Positions 36,593 through 46,570 of a stretch of DNA of 64,000 bases are shown here, piece by piece. Numbering within the stretch: the stretch's first letter is position 1; the number at the start of each line of letters is the position of its first letter. The notes below the pieces were generated by a model, which saw nothing but the letters and a program-made list of their open reading frames with translations, did no database searches and was not told where the DNA came from. Source of the stretch: a bacterium (GTDB lineage Bacteria > UBA8248); contig CBDBZU010000004.1 in assembly GCA_965213625.1 (NCBI GenBank), positions 3,264,001-3,328,000 of the forward strand. Direction: 5' to 3'. Made by a program: the position numbers and the translations under genes.

Positions 36593-36985
36593 ATGTCATT
36601 TCAAAAATTCCACACCACGCATGTAACCGCCGGGGCGGGAAGCTACTCCCAGGGCCTTCTCGCGGGCAGGACGCTTTATCTCGCGGGCCAGACCGGAGAG
36701 GGGCTCGACGGCGCACCGCCCGCCCTCGGCGACGCGGCGGCCCAGGCTCGACAGGCGTGCGAGAACATAAAGCAGCTCCTCGAAGAGGCGGGCGGCAACC
36801 TCTCCCATGTCGTGAAGCTCACGAACTACATCACCGACAGGGCGTACCGGAAACCCGTCTACGCGGTGATCGCGGAATATTTCGGCCCCCATGCGCCCGC
36901 GAGCACGGGCGTGATCGTAGACGGGCTGGCCTCAGAGGATTTTCTCGTGGAAATCGACGCCACGGCCTATATTCCCGAAGCTTGA
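36593..36985 (+). CDS. Rid (YjgF/YER057c/UK114) family protein lacking the catalytic Arg
   Basis: YSQG, LAGQ, PAST.V.V.GL, LVEIDA. Confidence 0.88.
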   Translation: MSFQKFHTTHVTAGAGSYSQGLLAGRTLYLAGQTGEGLDGAPPALGDAAAQARQACENIKQLLEEAGGNLSHVVKLTNYITDRAYRKPVYAVIAEYFGPHAPASTGVIVDGLASEDFLVEIDATAYIPEA

Positions 36986-37093
36986 GAGGAAATGGCGTAT
37001 TGAGTAATGCGCCTTAACAAGGCAGAATAGTGACACATACAGACAAGTTCGTAAGCAGCCCGTGTGGCTGAGTCCTTTCAGAGGAGAGGGATC

Positions 37094-38680
37094 ATGACCG
37101 AATCTTACGATGGATTGTTCGTCGGCGGCGGACACAATAGCCTGGTATGCGCCGCCTATCTGGCGAAAGCCGGGAAAAAGGTAGCCGTACTGGAACGCTC
37201 AGGCATCGCCGGCGGTGGCTGCTCCACGCATGAAGTCACCCTGCCGGGCTTCAAGCACAACCTGCATTCGAACTACTACGTGGGTTTGGAGAGAAGCCCC
37301 ATCCTCAGCGACCTGGAACTCCACGAATACGGCTTCAGCCTCATCTTCCCGGAGTTTCAACAGGGCTGCGCCTTCAGCGACGGCACGGCGTTCGTCATCC
37401 ACCGCGACGTGGAAAAGACCGTCAAATCTATCGAGCGGATCAACAAAAACGACGCGAAAACCTACCGCGACCTCCACGTCAAATTCACCGAGGGGATGCT
37501 CGATATCATCACCTCCTTCATGTACTGCGCCCCCCTGCCGCCCGAGGAATTGAAAGAGCGCTTCGCGGGGCCGCTGGGACGTGAGTTCCTAAGCTATGCG
37601 AACCTCAGCATGTACGAGGCGGTGGACCAGCATTTCGAGGACGACAGGCTGCGCGTGCTGTTCAAGCTCTTCCTCGGATCCTTCACCCTCGAGAATACGC
37701 CAACAACCGGCATTTTCTTTCCGAGAATCTTCTCGCGCATCGCTAGCTTCGCCCTGCCCGTGGGCGGGTCGGTGAACTTCACCCGCGCGCTCGAGCGCGT
37801 GGTCGTGAGAGGCGGCGGAAAGGTGCTCACCAACGCGGAAGTCCGCGAGATCACGGTCGAAAGTGGTGACGCAACCGGCGTCATACTGGAAGACGGCACC
37901 CGCATCGAGGCCACCGAGTTCGTGGCAAGCGGTGTGAACTGGCCGCTCACTGTGCGCCTGGCCGGGGAGGATTACTTCGGCGGCAGGCTCGCCAGGGCGG
38001 CGCTCGAGTTCCAGTGGGCGAGCCACGGGCTTTGCACCATCCACCTCGCGCTCAAGGAAGCGCCCGACTTCAAGGCCGCGAAATTCGATCCCGACATCAA
38101 CAAGACGTTCAACATCTTCTGGGGCGCGGATTCGACCGAGGAGATCAACGAGTGCTTCGAAACAATCCACGACGGCGAACTGCCCAAGCTCATGGGCAAC
38201 GGCGGGAGCAACAGCCACTTCGACCCGACCTATTCGCCCGACGGCACGCACGTGGGCTACTGGTGGCCGTTTGCGCCCTATGAACTCAAAGACGGCGGGG
38301 CCGAGGCGTGGGACACGCGGCGCGAGGAGTACACCCAGCACTTCATCGACTCCTGGAAGCCCTATGCGCCCAACATCAACCACGACAACATCATGGGCAG
38401 CTATCTCTACACGCCGCTCGACATCGTGCGCATGAACCCGAACTTCGTCCGTGCGAGCCACCACGTGGGCGCCTACATTCCCGAGCAACTCGGCTACAAC
38501 CGCCCGCATCCGGAAGTGAGCGACTTCCGCACGCCTGTCGGGAAACTGTATCTCTGCGGTTCTAGCTCACACGTGGGCGGTGCGGTGACGGGTGCGCCCG
38601 GCTACAACTGCGCGAACGCGATCGCCGAGGATCTGCACATCGATCGCTTCTGGGCGCCGGTCGAAACCATGATGGCCTGA
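37094..38680 (+). CDS. Phytoene-dehydrogenase-like FAD-dependent oxidoreductase
   Basis: GGGHNSL..AAYL, GGG..T.E.TLPGF.H, TP.D, RTPV..LYLCGS..H.GG.V.G.PGYN. Confidence 0.88.
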   Translation: MTESYDGLFVGGGHNSLVCAAYLAKAGKKVAVLERSGIAGGGCSTHEVTLPGFKHNLHSNYYVGLERSPILSDLELHEYGFSLIFPEFQQGCAFSDGTAFVIHRDVEKTVKSIERINKNDAKTYRDLHVKFTEGMLDIITSFMYCAPLPPEELKERFAGPLGREFLSYANLSMYEAVDQHFEDDRLRVLFKLFLGSFTLENTPTTGIFFPRIFSRIASFALPVGGSVNFTRALERVVVRGGGKVLTNAEVREITVESGDATGVILEDGTRIEATEFVASGVNWPLTVRLAGEDYFGGRLARAALEFQWASHGLCTIHLALKEAPDFKAAKFDPDINKTFNIFWGADSTEEINECFETIHDGELPKLMGNGGSNSHFDPTYSPDGTHVGYWWPFAPYELKDGGAEAWDTRREEYTQHFIDSWKPYAPNINHDNIMGSYLYTPLDIVRMNPNFVRASHHVGAYIPEQLGYNRPHPEVSDFRTPVGKLYLCGSSSHVGGAVTGAPGYNCANAIAEDLHIDRFWAPVETMMA

Positions 38681-38725
38681 AGATGAAAATTTGACTCGCG
38701 TTATTTGAGGAAAGGATAAAATTTC

Positions 38726-39436
38726 ATGGAACTGATCGACCTCTCACAAACTGTGGCGGCGGGCGGATTCGAGCGCCCGTTCCACCCCAAGGTGGCCATT
38801 GAGCCGATGATGACGCACGAGGAGTCGTCCGGAAGATTTCACGGGAAATTCTCTTTCGCCGCCATGAAGCTCACGCTCTCGGATCACACCGGAAGCCACG
38901 TGGACGCCCTGAACCATTACGTGCCCGGAGACGCCCCCTCCATCGACCAGTTGCCGCTCGATCGCTTCTATTCGGGTGCTATCTGTGTGGATTTTTCGGA
39001 CATCGCGCCCAAGACCTACATCGAAACCGAGCACATCGAGCGCGAACTGGAAAAACACGGGCTTTCCATCGAAGAAGGCGACGCTTTTTTGTATTACACG
39101 GGCCATTTCGAGAAGAGCTTCAAAAACCCCGACCCCGATGTATGGTGGAAGGAATTCGCAGGATTAAGCCGGCCCGCCACCGAGTATCTCGCCGATCGGG
39201 GCGTTCGCAACATCGGCTGTGAGGCGTTCACGATAGAAAACCCCACGCAGATGTTCCCCGAATCGGAAGAACCCTACCCGTCTCATCAGGTGTGCAAGGA
39301 GCGGGGGATGCTCAACACGGAGAATCTGGTGATCCCCAAGCGCCTGGTGGGCAAGCGCTTCACGTTCCTGTGCCTGCCCATCAAGCTGAAAGACGCCACC
39401 GGCTCCCCGGTGCGCGCCGTGGCGGTACTGGACTGA
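38726..39436 (+). CDS. Cyclase / kynurenine formamidase-family metal hydrolase
   Basis: HTGSHVDA..H, ENL, GSPVRAVA. Confidence 0.9.
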   Translation: MELIDLSQTVAAGGFERPFHPKVAIEPMMTHEESSGRFHGKFSFAAMKLTLSDHTGSHVDALNHYVPGDAPSIDQLPLDRFYSGAICVDFSDIAPKTYIETEHIERELEKHGLSIEEGDAFLYYTGHFEKSFKNPDPDVWWKEFAGLSRPATEYLADRGVRNIGCEAFTIENPTQMFPESEEPYPSHQVCKERGMLNTENLVIPKRLVGKRFTFLCLPIKLKDATGSPVRAVAVLD

Positions 39437-39437
39437 C

Positions 39438-40328
39438 CTATAGGCCGAAGCCGAAGAGTGCGTTCGCGTTGCCGAAGGCGGCTTTTTCGATCTCCGCCTC
39501 GGCGATGCCGCCCCGGCGCATGGCGCGAATCGCCCGGGGGATGCAGTAGAGGTCGTTTGACGTGTAGGGGATGAGGTCGGAGTTGAGCATTATGCGCCCC
39601 GCCCCGTGGCGCCGCACCCACTCCACGATGGCGGATGGGGGAATCGGGCGAAGGCGGCTACCGAGACTCGTCGCGCACCATGCGCCCGTCTCTTCGTGCA
39701 CGAAATCCACTATCGTCGCATCCAAATGGTCGACAACGAGCAGCGAGTGGTCGAGACCCGCTGCATTGATGACTTCCAAATCCATTTTCAGGTAATGGAG
39801 CCTGAACTCTTCTGGCGAAACCTCTCCTTGCGTGTCCACGCCGCCCAGGAATTCCTTTGGATTTTTGTAGGTAGGGGTGTGTAAAATCAAAGGCTTTTTA
39901 AGTTCCGCTGCGAGGCGCGCTTGCGCTTCTAAACATCTGGCCTGATCTTCCAGATCCCAGGAAAAGCCGAAATACTGCCCCGGGTCCAGACCCACTTCAC
40001 CCAGGGCGGCCACCCGTTCGTTCTCCAGATATCCGGGAAGCGCGTCGATGAGCCGCTCCCAGCCGTCCACCCGCGTCATCGAACTGACGCCCACGGCGCA
40101 CATGGCGCGAATATGGTGCTTGGCTTCGGCGGCTTCCGCCATTCTGAGAGGGCTATCCCAAAGCCTCTTCACATCCTCTGATTCGGGCGCGCTCTTCCAT
40201 ATTTCGCGGTGCACGTGGGGGTTCCCGCACGAGAGAATAGAACCAACCATTCCGCACATCCCCTGCAGTTCCCAGTCGTCGAAACTGAATCCATGCAGGT
40301 GATTGTGGCAGTCGATGTACCTGTCCAT
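39438..40328 (-). CDS. TatD-related amidohydrolase-fold protein
   Basis: DCHNH, LGEVGLD, ILHTP, VVDH, NSD, N...F. Confidence 0.82.
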   Translation of the reverse strand: MDRYIDCHNHLHGFSFDDWELQGMCGMVGSILSCGNPHVHREIWKSAPESEDVKRLWDSPLRMAEAAEAKHHIRAMCAVGVSSMTRVDGWERLIDALPGYLENERVAALGEVGLDPGQYFGFSWDLEDQARCLEAQARLAAELKKPLILHTPTYKNPKEFLGGVDTQGEVSPEEFRLHYLKMDLEVINAAGLDHSLLVVDHLDATIVDFVHEETGAWCATSLGSRLRPIPPSAIVEWVRRHGAGRIMLNSDLIPYTSNDLYCIPRAIRAMRRGGIAEAEIEKAAFGNANALFGFGL

Positions 40329-40329
40329 T

Positions 40330-41121
40330 CTAGGCCTCTGGTTTCTTCGCCAAAAACACGTAGCGGTTGAGACTGAAAAAATACTCACCGCGCTCGCCCA
40401 GCGTCATCAAATCCTCCGCCCAGGCTTTGGCCTCTTCTTTCGGCACGCCACCCTTGCGGATGACGAAGGGCACGATGACACTCACCATCCCGTGGCTGTA
40501 GTTTTCCGCAGGATACTCCGTATTGAGTAGAGGCAAAACCCTTACGTCTGCGATCTCAAAGCCGGCGCCTTGCAGCAGAGGCGATAACCTCCTCGGCAAG
40601 TGCGGGTCGGCCAGATGCGCGTCCCACGCGGTGAATATTTTCTTCGCCTGCGCGGCGTCCTGCGCGTTCCAGACGAGCGAGCCCCAGTCGGTGTCCATGA
40701 TGAGGGCGCGGCCGCCGGGCCTGAGTACGCGGAAAAGCTCCGACAGGGCAGCATCCATGTCGGTGACGTATTCATATACCTGGGAGATGATGGCTGCATC
40801 GAAATCATCATCCGCAAATGGCAGGCTCAGCGCGTCGGCCTCCCGGAACGACACCTGCGGCTGCGAGGTGCAACGCTTCTGGGCGAGGGCGAGCATCGGC
40901 GCGCTCTTGTCCACGCCGAAAACGGCGCCCCCCTCCCCCACCATGCGCGCAGCTTCCAACGTCATGAAACCCGGGCCAGAACCCAAATCGAGTACGCACT
41001 CCTCCGGTCGGGGTGAAACCATCTCCAAAAGGGCGCCACGCTGCGCGGCTACATCCGCCGTCGTGTAGACGGCCTCCACTCGCCGGGCTGCTTTTTCATC
41101 GAATCCCGGGGGCTGGCTCAT
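40330..41121 (-). CDS. Class I SAM-dependent methyltransferase (UbiE-like)
   Basis: VLDLGSGPG, GVD.S..ML, DALSLPF.D, RVLRPGG. Confidence 0.9.
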   Translation of the reverse strand: MSQPPGFDEKAARRVEAVYTTADVAAQRGALLEMVSPRPEECVLDLGSGPGFMTLEAARMVGEGGAVFGVDKSAPMLALAQKRCTSQPQVSFREADALSLPFADDDFDAAIISQVYEYVTDMDAALSELFRVLRPGGRALIMDTDWGSLVWNAQDAAQAKKIFTAWDAHLADPHLPRRLSPLLQGAGFEIADVRVLPLLNTEYPAENYSHGMVSVIVPFVIRKGGVPKEEAKAWAEDLMTLGERGEYFFSLNRYVFLAKKPEA

Positions 41122-41401
41122 GCGTTGTTCTCTCTCATCACTGTGTTGACCCGAACGAAAGGCCAAGTGTCCTCGCCCGCACCGGGGGTAGTCAAGCGCC
41201 TCGGCGTCTTCATCCGCACATAAATCGCCTCATGATGCGGCGTTTCGCGCCAATTATTCTCAGAAATCAAGGCTTGGAGACCAGACGGCTCACTCTCTCC
41301 TTTTCACGCGCATGGGCCGCTCGGCATTGACGCGCGTTTTCCCCAGAACCTATAAGCCTAATGAAAGTATTTTTCGCGTCCCAGTCACCAGTGGAAGCCC
41401 C

Positions 41402-42598
41402 ATGGCCCCATCGAAGATATTCAACCTTTTCGCGATTGCGGGCAGCCACGCCGTCAACGCCTTCTATACGCAGCTTTTGATACCCGTCCTCCCGCTCATC
41501 GTCGCGGAATTCGAACTCAACTACGTGCAGGCGGGCCTCATCGTGACGACCTATTCGGTAGCAAACAGCGTCTTTCAGTTCCCCCTTTCCTTCATATCGG
41601 ACTACACACGGCGCTGGCGGACTGTCCTCGCCCTCTCCCTGCTCACCCAGGCGCTTCCCGTTCTGCTATACGGCTACGCGGCGAACTACTCCCTTCTGCT
41701 GTTGTTCGTCTTCATCGGCGGCATCGGGAGCGCGGCCTACCACCCGCCAGCCGTGGCGCTCATCACGCGAGAACTGCCCGAGAGGCGCGGGTTCTGCACG
41801 GGCCTGTTCAACGGCGGGGGCGAAATGGGGAACATCATCTCGCCGGCCATCGTCGGCTGGCTCGCCGTCTATCTGGCGAGTTGGCGCATGGCGGCGCAGT
41901 TCTACGTGATACCCGGCGTCATCTGGGCGGCGCTCATCTGGTTTCGCTTTCAGGATCAACTCGGAGAGCGCCTCCCCTTCCGCCAGGCGGCGAGGTCCAC
42001 TTTCGGCGCGCTTTTCAGCAACAAATCTTTGATGCTCCTCATCGCCCTCTCCTCGTTTCGGATCATGGGTTTTCGCGGCTTCATGGCCTTTTTACCGCTC
42101 CTACTGGCGGAGCAATTCGGCTTCGACACCAAGGGGGTGGGCTGGATGCTCAGCGCCTATTTCCTGATAGGTTCGACAATGTCCATCATTATCGGCAGGT
42201 GGTCGGACAAAACGGGCAGGACGAAGCTCATCGTCGTACTCACTTTCATGTGCGCAACCGCCATGGCCTCTCTCACCTGGGTGGCAAGCCTCACGACGCT
42301 GTTACTCGCGCTTTTCGCCGTCGCCTGCATCCTCACGCCGGTGCCCACCCTGGTGCTGGCCGTCGGGACGGAACTCGTGGACGAGCGGGTGCGATCGAGC
42401 TCGGTGGGTATGATCTATGGCTTCAACGAAGCCGCTAGCGCGCTCTCGCCGCTCATCGGCGGCCTGGTGGCCGAAGCGATGGGGCTTCAAATGGCGTTCA
42501 CCTTCTACGCCTCGATGTTCTTGGTCGGCGGCTGCATCGCCGTTTTCCTGCATAGAGAAAGCGCCCTCCAACCCCAGGTGCAAGTGAGCGAATCATGA
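41402..42598 (+). CDS. MFS transporter
   Basis: Multiple hydrophobic segments; H.VN..Y, G.AAYHP, G.WSDK.GR. Confidence 0.9.
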   Translation: MAPSKIFNLFAIAGSHAVNAFYTQLLIPVLPLIVAEFELNYVQAGLIVTTYSVANSVFQFPLSFISDYTRRWRTVLALSLLTQALPVLLYGYAANYSLLLLFVFIGGIGSAAYHPPAVALITRELPERRGFCTGLFNGGGEMGNIISPAIVGWLAVYLASWRMAAQFYVIPGVIWAALIWFRFQDQLGERLPFRQAARSTFGALFSNKSLMLLIALSSFRIMGFRGFMAFLPLLLAEQFGFDTKGVGWMLSAYFLIGSTMSIIIGRWSDKTGRTKLIVVLTFMCATAMASLTWVASLTTLLLALFAVACILTPVPTLVLAVGTELVDERVRSSSVGMIYGFNEAASALSPLIGGLVAEAMGLQMAFTFYASMFLVGGCIAVFLHRESALQPQVQVSES

Positions 42599-43797
42599 GC
42601 CGGGCGGAAGAGATCGAAACGGGAGCAGGTCCGCAAGACCCGGCGCAGGATATCCCCTGGGGCGCGCTCGCCATCCTGTTCACCGCCCACTTAGTGGTGG
42701 ACGGCACGATAAATTTCATCGCACCTCTGCTGCCCCTGATTCGAGAGCAATTCCAGGTTTCCCTCTCAACGGGCGGTCTGCTCCTCACGTTCGCCTCGAT
42801 GAGTGCGGCGCTCTCACAACCGGTGACGGCGATTCTCGTGGACCGCTGGCCCGGGCTCCCCTGGCTCGCCGTCGGGATGGTGGGCAGTGCGCTGTTCATC
42901 ACCTCCATCGGCTGGGCGCCCAACTTCACGGTGCTCACCCTCATGGTCGCGGTCGGCGGCTCGATGGTCGGCCTGTGTCATCCGGATATGGCATCGCGCG
43001 CGGGCGCGCTATCAGAAAAACGAAAGGGGCTGGTGGTGAGCGTTTTCATCGCCGGAGGTCGCGTGGGCCACGGCCTTGGACCCGTTATCGCCATCGGCAT
43101 CGTCTCACTAGGCGGCATGAAATGGCTCTGGGCGTTTACCCTCGTCGCCATCGGGATGGCCCTGGCGGTGAAATTCGGGCTGCCGAAGCCTGAGTCGCCC
43201 CCAAGCAGCGGAGATAAGAAAGACTCCATCTGGGATTTCGTAACAGCGCTACGCACAGCAGGCACGCCGCTACTTCTTCTCTCGGGCGTCACCATTTGCC
43301 GCGCCGTCGTGAACATCAACTTCATCAGTCTCATTCCTTCTCTTTACGCCGAACACGGCATGAGCATCTGGAGCGGGGGAGCGGCCAGCGCCATCATGCT
43401 CATCTCGGGCGCAGTGGGCGTCCTGGTAGGCGGTTTTTTAGGAGATCGTTTCGGGAAAAAAGAGCTTATCGTCGGCGGCATCGGAATAGGCGCCTTGTGC
43501 GTCTGTGCATTTTTGATTGCGCCGCCCGAGTGGGGCTTCGTGCTGCTGGCTTTCCTGGGCGTCGCCACCTACCTCCCGATGGGAGTGACGATGGCCTTCG
43601 CCCAGCAATTGATGCCACACAACAGGGGTCTGGCCAGCTCCATCACGCTCGGCCTCTCGTGGTTCATCGCGAGCCTTTCGGTCTACCCGATGTCCGTTCT
43701 CGGCGAGTGGTTCGGCCTGGCGAACGCATTCTGGGCCCTTCCCGGCTTTTTCATCGCCGCGTGCGCGTTCGCGCTCTTCCTGCCGAAAGTCCGCTAA
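42595..43797 (+). CDS. MFS transporter (Fsr-like)
   Basis: AH.VVD, SQP, HP, GG..G..LGP, GG.LGDRFGKK; ATGA overlap with the upstream MFS. Confidence 0.9.
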   Translation: MSRAEEIETGAGPQDPAQDIPWGALAILFTAHLVVDGTINFIAPLLPLIREQFQVSLSTGGLLLTFASMSAALSQPVTAILVDRWPGLPWLAVGMVGSALFITSIGWAPNFTVLTLMVAVGGSMVGLCHPDMASRAGALSEKRKGLVVSVFIAGGRVGHGLGPVIAIGIVSLGGMKWLWAFTLVAIGMALAVKFGLPKPESPPSSGDKKDSIWDFVTALRTAGTPLLLLSGVTICRAVVNINFISLIPSLYAEHGMSIWSGGAASAIMLISGAVGVLVGGFLGDRFGKKELIVGGIGIGALCVCAFLIAPPEWGFVLLAFLGVATYLPMGVTMAFAQQLMPHNRGLASSITLGLSWFIASLSVYPMSVLGEWFGLANAFWALPGFFIAACAFALFLPKVR

Positions 43798-43812
43798 CCC
43801 ACATACGCACAT

Positions 43813-43843
43813 AAAAAAACGGCCCCGAAGAGCCGCCTTTTTT
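43813..43843. terminator. Bidirectional intrinsic terminator
   Basis: A7-CGGC-loop-GCCG-T6 between convergent genes. Confidence 0.65.
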
Positions 43844-43858
43844 GTTGTTTCGCTTCGC

Positions 43859-44497
43859 TTAAGCCGTAACACCCTGCTCGGTGAGCAATTCATCGAGCAC
43901 CCGGTCAACCCTGGGCTGCTCCGTCCAACTCGCCTTGTAGGCGATATTCCCCTCTTTATCGATGACGAAGACCATGTTCGGCATGCGCCCGTAGGCGTTC
44001 ACCACCGCCTCGTCGACGTCGTCCACCAGAACGGGGATTTTCATCCCGAATTCAGCCACCAGTTCCTTCGCATAGTCCATCTTGTGTTCGAAGGTAGTGT
44101 GCTGGGTGTATTTTTTGAAGTACTTGCGCTCCTGCGCGTGGGGTTCCTTGGAGTAGACGACGAAGAATTCGACGTCCTTATCCTTGTAACGCTCTTGCAG
44201 TTCATCCATGCCCGGCACCTGCCGGCGGAAGGGCGGTCACGTGATGGCGCCGAACTCCAGGACGACGTTCTTCTTCTCGCGAAAATCGGCCAGGTCCACG
44301 GTTTCTCCCGACGTGCTCTGGAGTTTTACCGGAGGCGCGGGCTGGCCTGGTTTCAACTGATCCTCAAACGCCTTGTGGCGGACTTTCCTGAATCCGCTGA
44401 GCTCGCGCTTGATCATCAGAAACGGGTCCAGATACCACATACTCCACAAGCCCCCCAGGGGGCCGGGCGGCCTGTCGATAAAATCTTCTTTCTGCAT
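43859..44497 (-). CDS. Iodothyronine deiodinase-like thioredoxin-fold selenoprotein (212 aa, Sec87)
   Basis: Two track ORFs join in frame through TGA at 44237-44239: VVLEFGAIT-U-PPF..VYSKEPHA..AYG.MPN.VFVID..G.I.YK. Confidence 0.9.
44212..44225 (-). promoter_or_regulatory. SECIS-like hairpin
   Basis: CCGGC-AGGT-GCCGG separated from the UGA by 11 nt; GGU-containing loop. Confidence 0.78.
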
Positions 44498-44603
44498 TTA
44501 TCAATCTCCTGAAAGATGAATGGCGAATACAGAAGGGTAGTTTATTTTCGGGATATTGTCGATTCCGTGCGAAAACCCGCCTCTTGCGCGGGAAAATGGG
44601 AAA

Positions 44604-45377
44604 TCAGGATGCGGTATCGCATCTTTCAAAGGCGCTCCAGTAGACATCCATCACTCGCTTGAAGCCCACACTTTCAAACACGCGCTCGGATGCCTCGTTT
44701 CCTTCCACGATATAGCAATACGCCTCGCGTCCTCTGGCGATTTGCGCCTCGACCTGTGCGGAAACCACCACGCGCGCAAGGCCTTGTCCGCGGAAATGCT
44801 CCATCGTGTGCAGCATGCCGATGGAGCCGTTCGCATGAACAACCATGTAGGAGGCGAGTTCACCGCCGATGCGTATCGCCGCTGTGGGGGCGCTTTGGAT
44901 TCTCGCCAGGGCGTATTCCTCCCCCTGGTCGTAGGGTGAATTCTCGGCCAGCGTCTTCGCGTCCTCGATTTTGAGGCTCTCAATCCGGTGGGTGCTGAAG
45001 ACGGGCCTGAAATCTTTTTTCTCGAGAATGTACATGCCCACGGGAGAGCCCCGGATGAGTTTTCTTCGCCTCTCAACGGCCTTCTGAACCTCAAGCGGGA
45101 TAGAGGAAAACTTGAGATAGCCGTCGCTCTCCTCCATCTGCGCGGAGAGCCGCTCCATGCCTTCTAGTTTCGCGAGTATCGCCTCGGGCCGCCCCAGCGG
45201 CGCGAGCCAGCCGCGACCGGTGTTCACCACCATCTGGGGCGCAGCAAGATCGTCCACCCAGAGGGGGACCTCCCTTCCCCCTTCCGCGATTGTTCCCGTA
45301 ATGCGCATCCGCAGCGGCCCCTGCGAGCGCAGGAATTTCTGGATAGATTCGCTCCGGGGGTTCTCCAACCGAATCAA
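44604..45377 (-). CDS. GNAT (FR47-like) acetyltransferase
   Basis: IGMLHT.EHFRGQGLA, N.AS..VF...GF. Confidence 0.85.
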   Translation of the reverse strand: MIRLENPRSESIQKFLRSQGPLRMRITGTIAEGGREVPLWVDDLAAPQMVVNTGRGWLAPLGRPEAILAKLEGMERLSAQMEESDGYLKFSSIPLEVQKAVERRRKLIRGSPVGMYILEKKDFRPVFSTHRIESLKIEDAKTLAENSPYDQGEEYALARIQSAPTAAIRIGGELASYMVVHANGSIGMLHTMEHFRGQGLARVVVSAQVEAQIARGREAYCYIVEGNEASERVFESVGFKRVMDVYWSAFERCDTAS

Positions 45378-45495
45378 TTTTCGTTAAACTCCCTTACTGA
45401 TGGAAACGCCGCTCCCTTGGAGGAGTGATTATACCCGCTTCTCCGCGCAGATGTAGAGGCAGTAATCCGCCAAACAAAATACTCCAGGAGAGAAA

Positions 45496-46569
45496 ATGAA
45501 GGGATATCGAATCATCACCATCCCGGGGGACGGGATCGGCCCGGAACTCATGGAATCCACCATCGCCGTTCTCGAAGCCGTGCAGGGCACAAACGAGACC
45601 TTAACGCTGAGACTGGAAGAACACGAAGCGGGAGCGGGCCGCTACGCCAGGTACGGCAAGCGCATCAGCGATGAAACCATGCAGGCCTGCCGCGAGGCGG
45701 ACGGCGTCCTCAAGGCGCCGGTCGGGAATCCGGCCGTCCGCACGCCGGAGGGTACCGAGGCGGGGCTTCTGGGCGGCGTGCTCAGAACGGGGCTCGACCT
45801 GTTCGCCAACATGCGGCCCGTCAAACTCTACCCGGGCATCCGGAGTCCACTGGCGGGCTATGCGCCCGGCGGCATCGACTACGTCGTGATTCGCGAGAAC
45901 ACCGAAGGCCTCTACGCCTCGCGCGACAAGGGCGTGGGCGGCCCCAACGCCGTGGCCGACACCATGATCATCACCCGCCCGGGCGTGGAGCGCGTCGTGC
46001 GGTTTGCCTTCGAACTCTCGCGCACAAGAAACGGCGCGCCAGAAGACGGCGTGCGGCGCGTCACCTGCGTGGACAAGAGCAACGTGCTTCGCTCCATGGC
46101 CCTGTTCCGCGAGGTATTCTTCGAGGTGGCGGCGGTTTACCCCGACATCGAGGCCGAGGCGGTCTATTCGGATGCCTGCGCCAACCATCTGGTGATTCGC
46201 CCGGCGCACTACGACGTGCTGGTGATGGAGAACATGCTGGGAGATTTGTTGAGCGATTTGGGAGGCGCCACGGCCGGCGGCCTCGGCATGTGTCCTTCGG
46301 GGAACATCGGGGAGAAATTCGCGTTTTTCGAGGCGGTGCATGGCTCGGCTCCCGACATCGCCGGGCAGGGAATCGCCAATCCGTTGAGCCTCATCCTCTC
46401 CGCCGCCCTCATGCTCGCCCACATCGGGGAGAGCGAGGCCGCGAACCAAATCGAGACCAGCGTGTGGGGAGCGCTTGAGGCCGGGGAGATTCGCCTCGAT
46501 AACAAGGGGCGCTCTGTTGACGGCTCCAAAGCCATCACCGAGGCGGTGTGCGCCCGCGTGAGGGGATGA
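45496..46569 (+). CDS. Isocitrate/isopropylmalate/tartrate dehydrogenase family
   Basis: PGDGIGPE, LFANMRP, RENTEGLY, VDKSNV, GD.LSD, FEAVHGSAPDIAG. Confidence 0.92.
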   Translation: MKGYRIITIPGDGIGPELMESTIAVLEAVQGTNETLTLRLEEHEAGAGRYARYGKRISDETMQACREADGVLKAPVGNPAVRTPEGTEAGLLGGVLRTGLDLFANMRPVKLYPGIRSPLAGYAPGGIDYVVIRENTEGLYASRDKGVGGPNAVADTMIITRPGVERVVRFAFELSRTRNGAPEDGVRRVTCVDKSNVLRSMALFREVFFEVAAVYPDIEAEAVYSDACANHLVIRPAHYDVLVMENMLGDLLSDLGGATAGGLGMCPSGNIGEKFAFFEAVHGSAPDIAGQGIANPLSLILSAALMLAHIGESEAANQIETSVWGALEAGEIRLDNKGRSVDGSKAITEAVCARVRG

Positions 46570-46570
46570 T

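Noticed and set aside
45496-46569. Calling this gene leuB
   Set aside because: Family motifs are clear, but it is not linked to leu genes and its specificity cannot be resolved by eye.
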